64,000 bases of DNA, from the NCBI GenBank assembly GCA_028023455.1, contig JAQFVV010000006.1, positions 372,001 through 436,000 on the forward strand, written 5' to 3'. The translations under genes were made by a program, and so were the position numbers. Below, piece by piece: positions 52,718 to 64,000 of the stretch. Each line of letters starts with the position of its first letter. Position 1 is the stretch's first letter. The DNA is from Epiperipatus broadwayi (Eukaryota; Animalia; Onychophora). The notes under the pieces were generated by a model. That model searched no databases. It had not been told where the DNA came from and saw only the letters and a program-made list of their open reading frames with translations.

Positions 52718-54789
52718 CTGCAAGTAAAATAATCTCATTTAATATTTTACTTATCTACAAAAAGATCAAATTTATTAAAGAAAAAAAAAAAGTTATTTTT
52801 TTTTGTACACATGTTTAGTTATTAACCTGAAGGTATAGATCGGAGTAAATAAATAATTGGACATTGCAATCAAATACTAACACTAGTATATCATTGACGA
52901 TAATTTAAATGTCTGCCATTCCATTAATATAACTTACTTTGGCATCTCAAATTCAGAGCTACATGATAAAATAATGAGGACTGCTACATCAAGATTTACA
53001 ATTCCTTTCTGTTTAAATTTTATTTCATATTTTTTTGTTATCTTTTATGGAAATGTTTTATGGATGATTTTATTGTATCCTAAAAATTCTAAAAGCTTAG
53101 TTGCAATCATCATTCAACTGGACAAATTTGATGCAGTGATCAAAAATAATATTTCTATTATTATTCGCTTTGTCATAAGTGCATTACAGTGGCATTCTCA
53201 GTGGGAAGTAGTTTGGGCAACCATACAATAGAATACTTATAACCGAGTGATAATATTTGATGGACTGCAGCTCTTTGCTATTTTCTTACCATAATTCATT
53301 CTTACATCTAAATTTCAGAGTTATAAGCTTCAACAAACCTCATCTTACTAAAGTGCGTAATTATAACAATAAAGAGGAATCAAATTTTAATTTTTTTGGT
53401 TTCTTTAAAACAGATTTTAAAAAATCGTATCTTACAAAGAGGTAGAAGATAATCATTGTACTTTTGATAATATATAATTAAAATTTATATGATTTCTTTT
53501 ACTTCATAACAACAAAACTACTGTTAAAATAAAACCAATACTGATCCATCCTGCCTATCTTTACCGTTCATCCAGAGATAATAAGTGGTATAAGAATCCA
53601 CTGTAGAGCAAAGGCTATTCACAAAGGAAGTGTCAAAGAAAATAGTTCTCATCAAGCCTGCTGATGAGAGTTTGAGCAGGTTCTCATTTTGTTTTATTCC
53701 CTAAGAATAGATTGATATCCATTTGCTGAGCAATATTGAATGATTATTTATGTTGGCTATGGACCACCTATCTCAAAAAAACAATCCAAAGCTGTTAAAA
53801 AATTTTTCATGTTTAACCACCCAGGAATCAAATCCAAGATGCATCTAAGTAATGCACTTCCTACGAAATAATGAAAAGTAAAATAATTCTCCAAAATCAA
53901 GCCTTACTCCCTCATGGCAAAATATGATGGTCATTTCAGAATCTAACCTTTATACTCATATATATAGACTTTGGTTTAATAATTATAATTCAAATAAGTA
54001 TCCATGAAAAATATTTTATATATTATTTTTTAATATTTAGGTATAAATAAAATGGCTTAAAATCAGTTACAAAATTTTTATTTTTATGAATGCAGAGGTT
54101 TAGAAAAGCAATTTTTATCTAATCTATCCAAAGGGAAATTAAGATTTCATCCGTTCTTTCTTTTTCAATTACCTATAAATGCTCTTAAAATTTCTTCCTC
54201 AAATTAAGTGAAAGCGTTTTCTTAAAAATATAGCGCCATCTATTGCACAAGAATAAAAATTTGTCAAAGTAATTTGAATGCCGTTTAAAATGCATCCTGC
54301 CAACACTGTCATGTCACATAATTCTGATCGAATCCAAAATCTTGCCCTGTTATCTATATAAAATCAGCAAAAGAAGGTAAAAATCAGTTGCAAGATTTTT
54401 GTTTTTATTTAAATCGATAGTTTAAAAAAGTTTTATGTAAACTATCCAAAGGGAAATTAAGATTTCATCGCACATTTGTAAAAGCTCCAAAAATTTTCCT
54501 CTCAAATTAAACAGAAGTGTTATCTTAAAAAATACATTAGGCATGACTTAAAATTTACAGAACCGATTTGAATGTGGTTTGAAATGCAGTTTGACAACAT
54601 TGTTAGATTAGACAATCCTGAAAAATTATATTGTTATATTACATTGTCATCCAAAGTGAATGTGTACCAATTTTAAAAAAATCAATTCAGCAGAAATAGG
54701 TAGTTATAAGATTTGGACTAAATAAGCAAAAGTCTTAAATTAGATAAAAAGCATTTAATAACTCTTGTTCTTTACAAATTTATGATAGA

Positions 54790-55100
54790 AGAAAAATCTC
54801 CAGCAACTTTTAACTTAGATGGTCACCAGTTTGAGAATGTAAGCCAATTTAAATATCTTGGGTAGCTTTTCAAGTAGAAAGATGGACTTAGATGATGAAG
54901 TGCCGCACAGATGTCCCAACGCTGAAAACAATATTTCTTCACCATTGCAGCTAAATTAGCAGTCCATAGAACTGTTTATTTCATCTAATTTATTGTATGG
55001 AAGGTGAAATTTGGACATTCTATTGATATAACATAAAGGGATTAGAAAAGTTTCATTCGCAAATGCTCTTTAAAGTTTTTAAAATATGATAGGATCATAA
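54790..55100 (+). mobile_element. LINE RT fragment
   Basis: LDGHQFENVSQFKYLG motif followed by DDEV..R. Confidence 0.65.
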
Positions 55101-55529
55101 AACCAATTAATATTGTAATATTACTTTTTTTTTATTTTATCGTATTTTATCTTTTTTTTTTGGAATTGGAATAGCTGAAGTTGTTTGTGAGTAGGTCAAG
55201 ATATATATACACAATTTTTTTTTTAAAAGTTTAGATATATTCTACATCTATTGTAATAAAACTTGAGAGTCCATATTACCATAAAAGTTAAAAACCTTGT
55301 AATGCAACTGTAAAATATTCTAAATTGATTTGTTTAAATATAGAAAATATTTACTTCCTTTCCCTCCATAATCTTATGCAAAACTTCAATTTTCACTTTA
55401 TCACATGCCCTTAGCTGACAAATTGTTATTCATTAGTAAATTCTTCTATTCTGATTACTTTCATGCCATCTAGTGAAAGCTTTAGTAATCAACAGATGCC
55501 AGATGATAGCATCTGGCATCTACTGATTA

Positions 55530-56520
55530 ACGGTGTTTTCATATAATAAATATAATGTAGTTAGAATTGTATGGAAGAGAGTGGCATTAGCAGGGTAAAC
55601 ATATGGTAACAATGCGTTATGTATTAGTAAAGATGTGTTAGATTACTTAGAAAAAGTACAAAGATAAGTAGGAAGACATGCATTAAATACAGATATGTGG
55701 ATGGCAAGGAGACAATTCAAGGAGAAACGGCATGGGCAAGTTTTTATATGAGATACAAAAAGCAAAATGAAAATGTTCGATAGATTGCAATTTATGGATA
55801 ATAAGAGAATAGCCGAAATAGAATTTAGTTGGTTATGAGAAAAGGGCAGGCAACAAGATGGATGAGAAAGTTAGTATGATATGCAGAAGATTTGGATAAA
55901 GAATTTGTCAGTATACTTATACAAAAGATGGGATGATTGTGTTTGGAGAATCATTGAGTGTTATAGTGACAAGGAATGGGATAGAATAGATGCATTAATA
56001 AAAAAATAGGGAGATGGAGAACTAGTATGGAGAGTAAAAAGAGTTTAAATATATATAGAAGTAAACAAAATATTGGGTGTGAGTTAATTTATGATAATAG
56101 CAAGGAAAGTGGTTTACTGTTTAAGGCTCGAACAGGATCTTTAGCAACAAGGGAATATACACATAAATGGAAAATGTGGGTGATTTAGAATGCAAGTTGT
56201 GTAAGGCAGGCATAGAAAATATTAGGTATCTGTTAAAAATGTAAATGCCTGAAAGCAGAAAAAGTACAAATAATGAAGTTATGGAAGAACAAATATAAAC
56301 AAAGTGATTATACAGAAAGTGAGTTCTTGGTTTTTATACTGGGTTTGGGAAAAGATGGGGGGGGGGGGGGTAGATATGAAGGCCACAGAGTTGACAAAGA
56401 TTATGGGATGGAGCAGGATAGAGAAGAATATGGGTGAAACTTAGGGCGTAGATTGGAAAGGGAAGATAAAGTGGCTAACAGGTTTCTCTGGGCATAGCGG
56501 CTCAGAGATTCCTGACTCCA
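55530..56520 (+). mobile_element. decayed non-LTR retrotransposon ORF2 3' region
   Basis: VRIVWK...YGNNALC...LEKVQR..GRHAL...QGE..W, then LLFKARTGSL..R and C..C...E (zinc-knuckle-like); purine-rich, many stops. Confidence 0.65.
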
Positions 56521-56780
56521 AATAAGAAGAAATCACAGTGCATCGCATCACACTAAAGTTTACACTAGATGGAATAATAGTGAGAATAAAAGAATTTGCT
56601 AATTTTCACTTTATATTTACAGATTTTTAGCCATACAATGTTATCAGATAAGGATTCAAATGCTATAAGAAAAAAATACAATAGTTGACTTTATGTGCAG
56701 TATATGTATATAAAGTAGTGATTTTTATTTTATCATCTTAAGCATAGAATATCTAGATATCCAGATTTTTTAAACTTTTT

Positions 56781-57807
56781 GGTAGTTTTCTCTTAGCGTG
56801 TTGAAACCGCGATAGGGCATACTTTTTATGTAAACAAACACAAATATAACATTACCGGGCTTTTTTTTTTTATATTTTCAACTTTAACATTATTTTCTAA
56901 AATGGAATAATTATGTTTTTAAATTACGTTATACATTTTAATTTCAATACTGTTTGCGCTTTATAAAATAAATGTTATACATTTTAGTACTTTGCGACAT
57001 TTTTGCAAACTATTTTTAAACAATTTACAAAACGACATTATTTTGTAAAAGAACATTATTTTCAAAAATACAAGAATTACAATATTTTTAAATTACATTC
57101 CACAAGTCATCGCGTAGCGCTGGAATGTGCATGGAGGGGGGGGGGTGATTTTGCCGGTCCAAAGGATCGGCCAAAAGATGCAATACTCTAAAACCGAGAT
57201 TATGATTTGGAAAACAACGTGCAACCTCAGATATTTTATTTGTCTTGTATCTGTTCTTAATCTGACCAAAAGATGCAGTACTCTGATCAAACCAAGCTTA
57301 CAATTTCCAAAACAATGTGCAACCTCAGCCATTTCACTTGACTCGTAGCTGTTCTCGCGCAAACATGTCTTTTCGCATGACTTGTGTGAAATGGTGCTTG
57401 ACCCAACCCTTTTGCAATTGTATTCACATTCCATGATGTGTAGGAAAGCGCGGGGATGGGTTTACATTAGTATGTACTAGTACATCAGTTAGGGTGTAAG
57501 ATCACTATTATGATGGCATATTACAACAGTTATGGCCAGTTGAATTCCACATACCCTCACGATATACAGTAGCAATCTATTAAGTGTGCGCATTTGCAAA
57601 GTGTCGCGAAGCACATCAGTGGGCTGTAATATTGGTGTGCAATGCCATCTAAACCTGCAAACAGCTAATATGAACAGAACTGTTCTATAGGCTGTAACTT
57701 TCTATGCAAAAACACAGAAATATTGGGCTGCATAAACGGCATATTTCTGTGCATTTGCATAGAAAGTACGACCTCTCGCGGTTTCAACACGCTAAGAAAA
57801 GACTACC
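56781..57807. mobile_element. ~1.03 kb TIR element (Merlin-like)
   Basis: ~65-bp imperfect TIRs starting GGTAGT..TCTTAGCGTGTTGAAACCGCGA; 8-bp flanks AACTTTTT/AAATTTTT (7/8). Confidence 0.8.
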
Positions 57808-57951
57808 AAATTTTTAAATTTACTAATGGTCCAGATCTGAATCCAGGTTATATGCATGAAGGCCAATACACTAGCATTGCAGCATGAGGCCTTTATACTA
57901 CACACATATATATATATACATAATTGGGGTTAATTAGAAAATAAAAATTAC

Positions 57952-58155
57952 CATCAGTTCTTCATTTATTATCATTTTACTTATTATTCCATGAACTATA
58001 CTTTTGGGAAGTTCAAACATTTCCGAAAGTATATCCAAGCTGATGGAGTCATACACTGAGCTGTAGGTAAAGAGGTATGTTCTTAAACTTTCCTCTTGAA
58101 TTTTACCAATAAGCATATTTCGCACTTGATCAGGTTTATGAAAAAGATTCCACAC
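57952..58155 (-). CDS. EIF3C: eukaryotic translation initiation factor 3 subunit C, PCI-domain exon (upstream exons not found in window)
   Basis: [68 protein letters not shown], near-identical to eIF3c motif [22 protein letters not shown]; TTTGTAG acceptor, GTAATT donor. Confidence 0.97.
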
Positions 58156-58907
58156 CTACAAAAAAAAAAAGGTAAGCATAAAATAGTTTTGAAATTGCAT
58201 ATATAACATCATTACATAAATAAACAGCATAATTAATCACAAAATCATCCAATACTTTTTCAGATATGATGAATTACAATCGAGATACTTAAAATATATA
58301 TGACTACATAATTTACCAATAACATATTTAAGCATTTTAAAAAAAAAGTAAAACCAAGGCACACAGTTCAACCAAAAAAAACTATTAGCATATTTGCACA
58401 CTACAATTGTTATATTTCTAGAATTCAAAAATTAAGGAACTTTACTCAAGTGTGAATACGTATATATTTCTGTGCATGTTCAGAAAACTGGATCTATGAT
58501 TGTATGATTGCAAGCATCATGGTGTATGTATCTTTATGTAATTTTCTTTTTGTAAATTTTCAGGAATTCAATACAAAACGACAAGAGATAAAGGCTGTTT
58601 GATCTTAGAACAAGTATCTTGAAATGCTGTCTGGCATGGCAAAAAAGAAGTAGTCAGAAAGTTACACTTTTCATTTTGAAATTTTAACAAGATGACTTCT
58701 TTTTCAAGAAGTTTTGGAAATCTGTTTTCAAGACCCTGAATTTTACAGAAAGTTCTAATAAGGTTAAGACGATAGAATAGAATTTGTTAGTTTTCCAATT
58801 ACTGATTTGAAGGACTGTTAAGTGAAGATAGATATTAATAATTCTGTGATAGTAATCAAACAAGAAAAAATGCTTTTTGTCATACAGCACATTAATATAA
58901 TTACTCT

Positions 58908-59023
58908 ATTTTTTTTTTCATATGTCTTAGCATCTGCCGGGAGGCAAACCTGCAACAACAGTCTGCAACCAACTGCTTGCTTGCAAGGCGGCTGCGCTGA
59001 CTTCTCCGCTAACAATGCTCGAC
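58908..59023 (-). mobile_element. tRNA-Gly-derived SINE
   Basis: close to the 42728 copy; 12-bp TSD TATAATTACTCT (58896-58907/59024-59035). Confidence 0.85.
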
Positions 59024-59883
59024 TATAATTACTCTTTATTGTCAAAATGCACCACTTTGACAGGGTTTTATAATCTGATGAAAAAAATCATTTTTAAGAG
59101 AAAAATGCAATAGATATCGTTAAAAGATGAAAATATAATTCAGTTAATCGCTAGTGGAGATTATATGATGAGTTACCGGAAGTGATAGGGTGGGTTTCAA
59201 TTTCCAGACCTTAGATTCTCAAAGGTCTGCTACTATTACAACACTTAACTGCAACTGACAAGATGATTAATTTAATGTAAAAAAAAAAAGTTATATAAAA
59301 TTCATTTCAGTAATAATTAGCTTCCATGATGAAAGGCTTGAAGACATTTTGAGCATCGCAATTTAATGCCAACAGACATTCAATCTGATTTCGACAATCT
59401 ATTATTGTAATGCAAATACAAGCTCACAAACAAAAGACTGAAACTGAACTTAAGTTTCAGAGTTATTACAATCAATAATAATAATAGTGTTATTTTGCTT
59501 TAAAATCTTTTTTTTTTTTAAATTAACGGTTTTTTAACTTTATCAAAAACTGTTTTCCAATTTTTGTTTTTGAGAATTACTGAAATCCTAATTTACGTAA
59601 TATTTCCATTTAATTAACTTAATTCATTTACAAAAGTTTGCTAAGCTTATAGATAAGTTTAATCAATAATTCTCATTAGTTAAATAATAGCTATTAGACG
59701 ACAAAAGCAGTAAATAAAATGTAACTGTTAAATGTTGCTAGTGCTTTAATATCGCATGATCTCCCAAACAATCACCGATACAATTATTTTACAAACAATT
59801 ATCCTCTTTTATACACATTTTCTGGATTGCATAAGATCCATTTAATGGCTTATAACCCTTAGAATTTAAATCATAATGCAAAT

Positions 59884-60110
59884 AAATCTTGTTTTTATTA
59901 TTATTTAATGGCTAATAGTTTTGACTGTCCCATCAATCATTGTAAAGGAATTCTAATATTTAAATACTAAAAGATAATTTTCTGCATTATTAGAATTCCA
60001 TTTTATATCTATTCTAATGACATCTTTTCAGCTTTATTTTTCTTTGACTCTGATGAATACTGCTACACAATCGAAACTGATAGCCACTAATAATAATAAA
60101 GACAAGATTT
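59884..60110. mobile_element. degenerate family-2 fold-back element
   Basis: arms ~59884-59930/~60063-60110; + strand CTGATGA a TACTG ctaca CAATC GAAAC at 60050-60077. Confidence 0.6.
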
Positions 60111-60475
60111 TAAACATAAAAGTGTTAAAAAAAAAAGCTGTTTGATTTATTTACTTATATTATTTAAATGTTACAGTTTACCAATCACAACATAGGGATA
60201 ATTGACTTAATAAAAGTCCTGGAATATAATTAATACATCAGAAGGAAAAAAAAATATTTTAACAGAAATAATGTAATTTAATATCTTGATGATAGTGAAT
60301 ATTTTAAATCAATGTGCTAACAGCTTAATCATTGTCTTAGGATATTGTTACGTATTAAAGAAGAAAAAAACGAATTTTAACTGATATTTCATTCATTTAG
60401 TGTAAAAAATAGAAGTTTCACAGTATGCTTGTCAGACAAATTTTTCTAGAGTCATTTAATTATTTATTAATTTTG

Positions 60476-60776
60476 ATGTAATAAAGTTTATATATATTGC
60501 TTATAACATTTCTTTCATATACACTTCAATGCAAACAAATTTTCTTAAAAACTTCTTTATTTTCCTTACATTTTAATTAAAGCAGAGAAGAAGATTAGAG
60601 CTCTGATGAAGATTGCTGGACAGTCGAAACTGTAAGGAAAATAAAGAAGTTTTTAAGAAAATTTGTTTGCATTGAAGTGTATATGAAAGAAGTGTTATAA
60701 GCAATATATATATATGATTATATGAAGATATGCAAAGAAAGTGAAAGAGAAGAATAAGAGAATATGTAATGAAGTT
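60476..60776. mobile_element. young fold-back element with one hammerhead in the loop (family 2)
   Basis: 82-bp arms 60489-60570/60631-60712 with 1 difference; ATGTAAT(A/G)AAGTT at 60476-60488 and 60764-60776. Confidence 0.85.
60600..60637 (+). ncRNA. minimal hammerhead ribozyme motif (GUA site)
   Basis: ct CTGATGA a GATTG ctgga CAGTC GAAA c t GTA ag. Confidence 0.7.
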
Positions 60777-62099
60777 GTTTTAATTTTTTTAAATGTGAAA
60801 AATCGATATCTAGAAATAGAAAATTGAATTATTAGAATCCTTTAATCGGAAGTTATTTTTCTAACAATTATAATTTATTGAATTTAAATTGTCAAAAAAA
60901 AAAAAAAAACAGACAAAGAATTTTACATGTAATTAAGTCCATATGTAGATATTTTTATTTTTTAATGCTCTATAAGAAGAAAAAATAATAATCAACTCAT
61001 TATTCATAATACAGATGCCTTTTAAGATCCGAGTTCCCAATATATGAGTCGTAATCTTCAAGATTGTCACAATGCGTTTTCTGAGAGTCCATCATGGTCA
61101 ATTTTAGCGGCAACTATTTTTAATGGTTTTCAAGTTGTTCGTTTCTATATTACTGGGGTTCTGACTTAAGATCTACTGCGGTTGTTACTTTAAAAATATC
61201 AAAAACCTGCCATGGTCATATTTAGTAAACATCTGCATTAATTTAATAATTTTCTACGGAAAACTTTTAATATTTTTTCCACATTTCCATCGCACCATAA
61301 TATGCTTCCAAAACATTTTATCTTTACATTTACATGAAAAAAAGAAATATTTTATTTCAAAATTTAAATATTAATAATATAATTTGTAATAGAATATCTC
61401 ATGTCAAGACACATTTTATTGGGATTACTTTTTTTAGATAAAATTAGTATTTAAAAAAAAAAAAAAAAATTAACAGGTTAATAAAATATTAAAAATTGCA
61501 AAAAAAGAAAACAATAAGTTTAAATTGTCAAATTATTTATAATAAATAGAAAATAAGGATTTTTCAAAATTTTGTAGTGGAAAAACCTATTTTGATATAC
61601 ACCCTCATTAAAAACCCTTTTTATGCGAATATGGCAGGGGCTTGATTATAAGGGGAATCACAATGCAAAAAGGTTGAGAAATACTGTTCTTAGAGAATCA
61701 TTATTTTAATGTTCTAATATTTAAACGTTTTGCTGTGATTAATACACAGTGACAGTTCTTTATAAATAGACATTTTGACAATTACCTACAAATAAATTTA
61801 AAAAAAATTAAAAGTTAATGTATCAGCAAGTTACCATGCTCAGAAAAAGTTGAACTTGGAATTATGTACAATAACAGGTCAATTAGAATATCTATGAATT
61901 TTTTGAGTACAGTCCAGATTTGAAAAGCTCTGATGAAATGTTAGCATAAACCTTTGAATAAATACGGAAATCAATTATATATTTATTAACTCAAATTATA
62001 TTCTCTTTATACTTACAAAATAATTATGGTGGAAAAAAAAGATCTCGTAATCCATGACAATTTTCGTATTTATAATCTTAATAAATTGAGAATTCAAGT

Positions 62100-64000
62100 A
62101 ACATCATTACAATATTTAATAATGCCACACCACAATATAAAGTCATTTATCAGCTTATCATTTCTCGTAAAGACAAAGCTGGTCGGTTTGTCATTATGAA
62201 AGGAGATGAGTTCAGGAAGAAACTGGATAGAGAATTAAATAATGGTAAATATACGTTTTTAGAAAAAGATCCAGGTAATGTGATTAAAAGAAAGTTGATA
62301 GATATGAAAAAAATGGTAAATTTAAAATTTTTTAATAGAGTATATTATTTAAAATGTTATCCAAATGATTTCATATCAGCTAAGATGTTTTTGAATATTA
62401 AGTAAGACTCATAAAGATGGTTTTCCTTTAAGATTTATTTTTGATTTTACAGGTAATGTTGTATAGGGTATTTCTAAATTATTATTCTTTTGAAGTTTTT
62501 GATAAGATTAATAATTTGGGTACTGTTCTATTAGTGCGTTGAAACCACTTGATGCCGTTTAGTGGGTGCAGTTAAACCAAATAACCACAACTTTTTTTTT
62601 TCTGTTATAACTAACGGCTTGCTTTGTCTCGTGGCGCAGTTTGTGCAAGTGAATGCAATGCTATCTTTTAGCAATGTTAACACTTCGCTACCATACCATT
62701 TCAGGGTGGGTGGATTTACAGTTTGCAGAACTATTGCAATCTGTATTCAAAAGTAATTACGGTACAACTTACCTAATGTATTTTAAAAATAATTATAAGC
62801 TCATTACCCCGGTTCCGAACCCAACATGAAAGGTATAAATAATTAGAAAAGGTTAGGGGAAACCACAATTTCACTTTTCTCCCGATAAAAGTCACAGTTC
62901 GTGAAAACACCTAAGAGAATTCAAACGTCTGACTGTAAAATTTCTCCTAGTTATATCCAGAGACAAAAAAAAATTGTAAAAAAAATACATTTCTTAATCG
63001 TAAATAAAAAAAAAACAATCGAGTTGGAAAATTATTAATCGTTATTAATAGGTGTGTCATTAATGTTATCCACCATACCTTAGTCACATATTCTTTCAAA
63101 GGTATAGCTATTAGAATAAATAAAGATTAATTTTCCTTTTCAAAAATGACCAAAAAAAAAGTCAAATACAGTTCAGTAATTAAAGTATTCTAATTTTTCC
63201 CAGCATGATGTAGTTAGTTATCTGTCAAGCAATGATAGTAGACTCTTTAAAGTTTGCGGGGATGGGATTTCCCATTCTACTAGAATAGAATATTTGCAAT
63301 AATGTCTGTTAATTGATAAGTTTTAATTCTTGCGGATTGCAGAACTAAGATGAAATTTGTAGGCACCTGTTAAAGGTTTAAATTGATCATCGTAAAATTG
63401 TTAATCAAATAAATTTGACAGTAATTTATTAAGGAAATCAATCAATGAATTATGTTAACCCGTATGATAAAATGTCTGAGTGTAAAATAAAATTATCGTA
63501 GCTATAGCCAGAGACAAAAAGAAATTGTAAAAAGAATTACAGTAATTTATTAAGGAAAATAAATGAATTACGTTAAACCGTACGATTATTATTATTATTA
63601 TTTCACAAACAAGGTAGTAGGCCCGGTTACATTATATTTATGTGCGTTTTCCTAGAAACAACACCATCAAGCGGTTTCAACACATTAATCAAACAGTACC
63701 ATAATTTTAAAATGGAAAGTAATTGGGTATTTGGTAGTTTAGATATCGAGAAAATGTATCAATCTGTTAATAGATTAAGCAGTATATATTATTATGTCTG
63801 TGTTGGTTAAGCAAGGATCTTTGTCAAAAAATAAAATTAAAGTAATCAAGATTTGCTTTTATTATTAGAGGATTCTATGTATTTTATTTATAATGGTAAT
63901 TTTTTAAAAATTAAAGAAGGATGGATAATAGATTATATTATTTCTCCTTTAGTTTGTTTACTTTATATTAATTTTTTGGAAGAGGAAATTATTATTAAAA
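62100..64000 (+). mobile_element. Penelope-like element RT remnant, split by a TIR element at 62519-63700
   Basis: ISRKDKAGRFVIMKGDEFRKKLDRELNNGKYTFLEKDP (cf. PLE KADKG..VIM...Y..L..DP), resumes after 63700 with VFGSLDIEKMY and ISPLVCLLYI. Confidence 0.75.
62519..63700. mobile_element. ~1.18 kb TIR element (Merlin-like)
   Basis: GGTACTGTT..TAGTGCGTTGAAACCACTTGATG / CATCAAGCGGTTTCAACACATTAATCAAACAGTACC; 8-bp flanks ATAATTTG/ATAATTTT (7/8). Confidence 0.8.

Noticed and set aside
53648-53690. TCTCATCA/TGATGAGA hairpin containing CTGATGA
   Set aside because: No GAAA box or cleavage triplet follows
55494-55521. 12-bp perfect hairpin AGATGCCAGATG/CATCTGGCATCT at the 5' junction of a LINE fragment
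   Set aside because: Too short to assign; plausible 5' inversion scar of the LINE insertion
57003-57434. Three overlapping ORFs in the TIR element interior
   Set aside because: No transposase motif recognised; contain internal ~95-bp repeats
58818-59045. Overlapping ORFs on both strands
   Set aside because: Read through the tRNA-Gly SINE
58156-64000. Further upstream EIF3C exon (expected ...GDW...NEKMNGK)
   Set aside because: Not found by eye; probably beyond the window

Overview
Very AT-rich animal genomic DNA, probably arthropod (inferred from composition, TE content and an arthropod-type tRNA-Gly SINE end). It holds the 3' parts of two convergent housekeeping genes: THOC5 (+ strand, 12 coding exons, 871-41562) and EIF3C (- strand, last 4 coding exons, 58155-48037). 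Introns and the intergenic gap are filled with decayed TEs: RTE and other LINE fragments, hAT derivatives, three ~1.1 kb GG-terminated TIR elements (Merlin-like), four full-length tRNA-Gly-derived SINEs with TSDs, and a Penelope-like RT remnant. The most striking signal is a set of fold-back insertions built as [11-15 bp direct repeat]-[inverted arm]-[spacer]-[arm]-[30-70 nt tail]-[direct repeat]. Most carry minimal Penelope-type hammerhead ribozyme motifs (CTGANGA...GAAA...NUH) of three sequence families. In most elements the intact core is antisense to the host gene and the sense copy is mutated or missing. All alignments and folds were done by eye, so coordinates of degenerate repeats are approximate.
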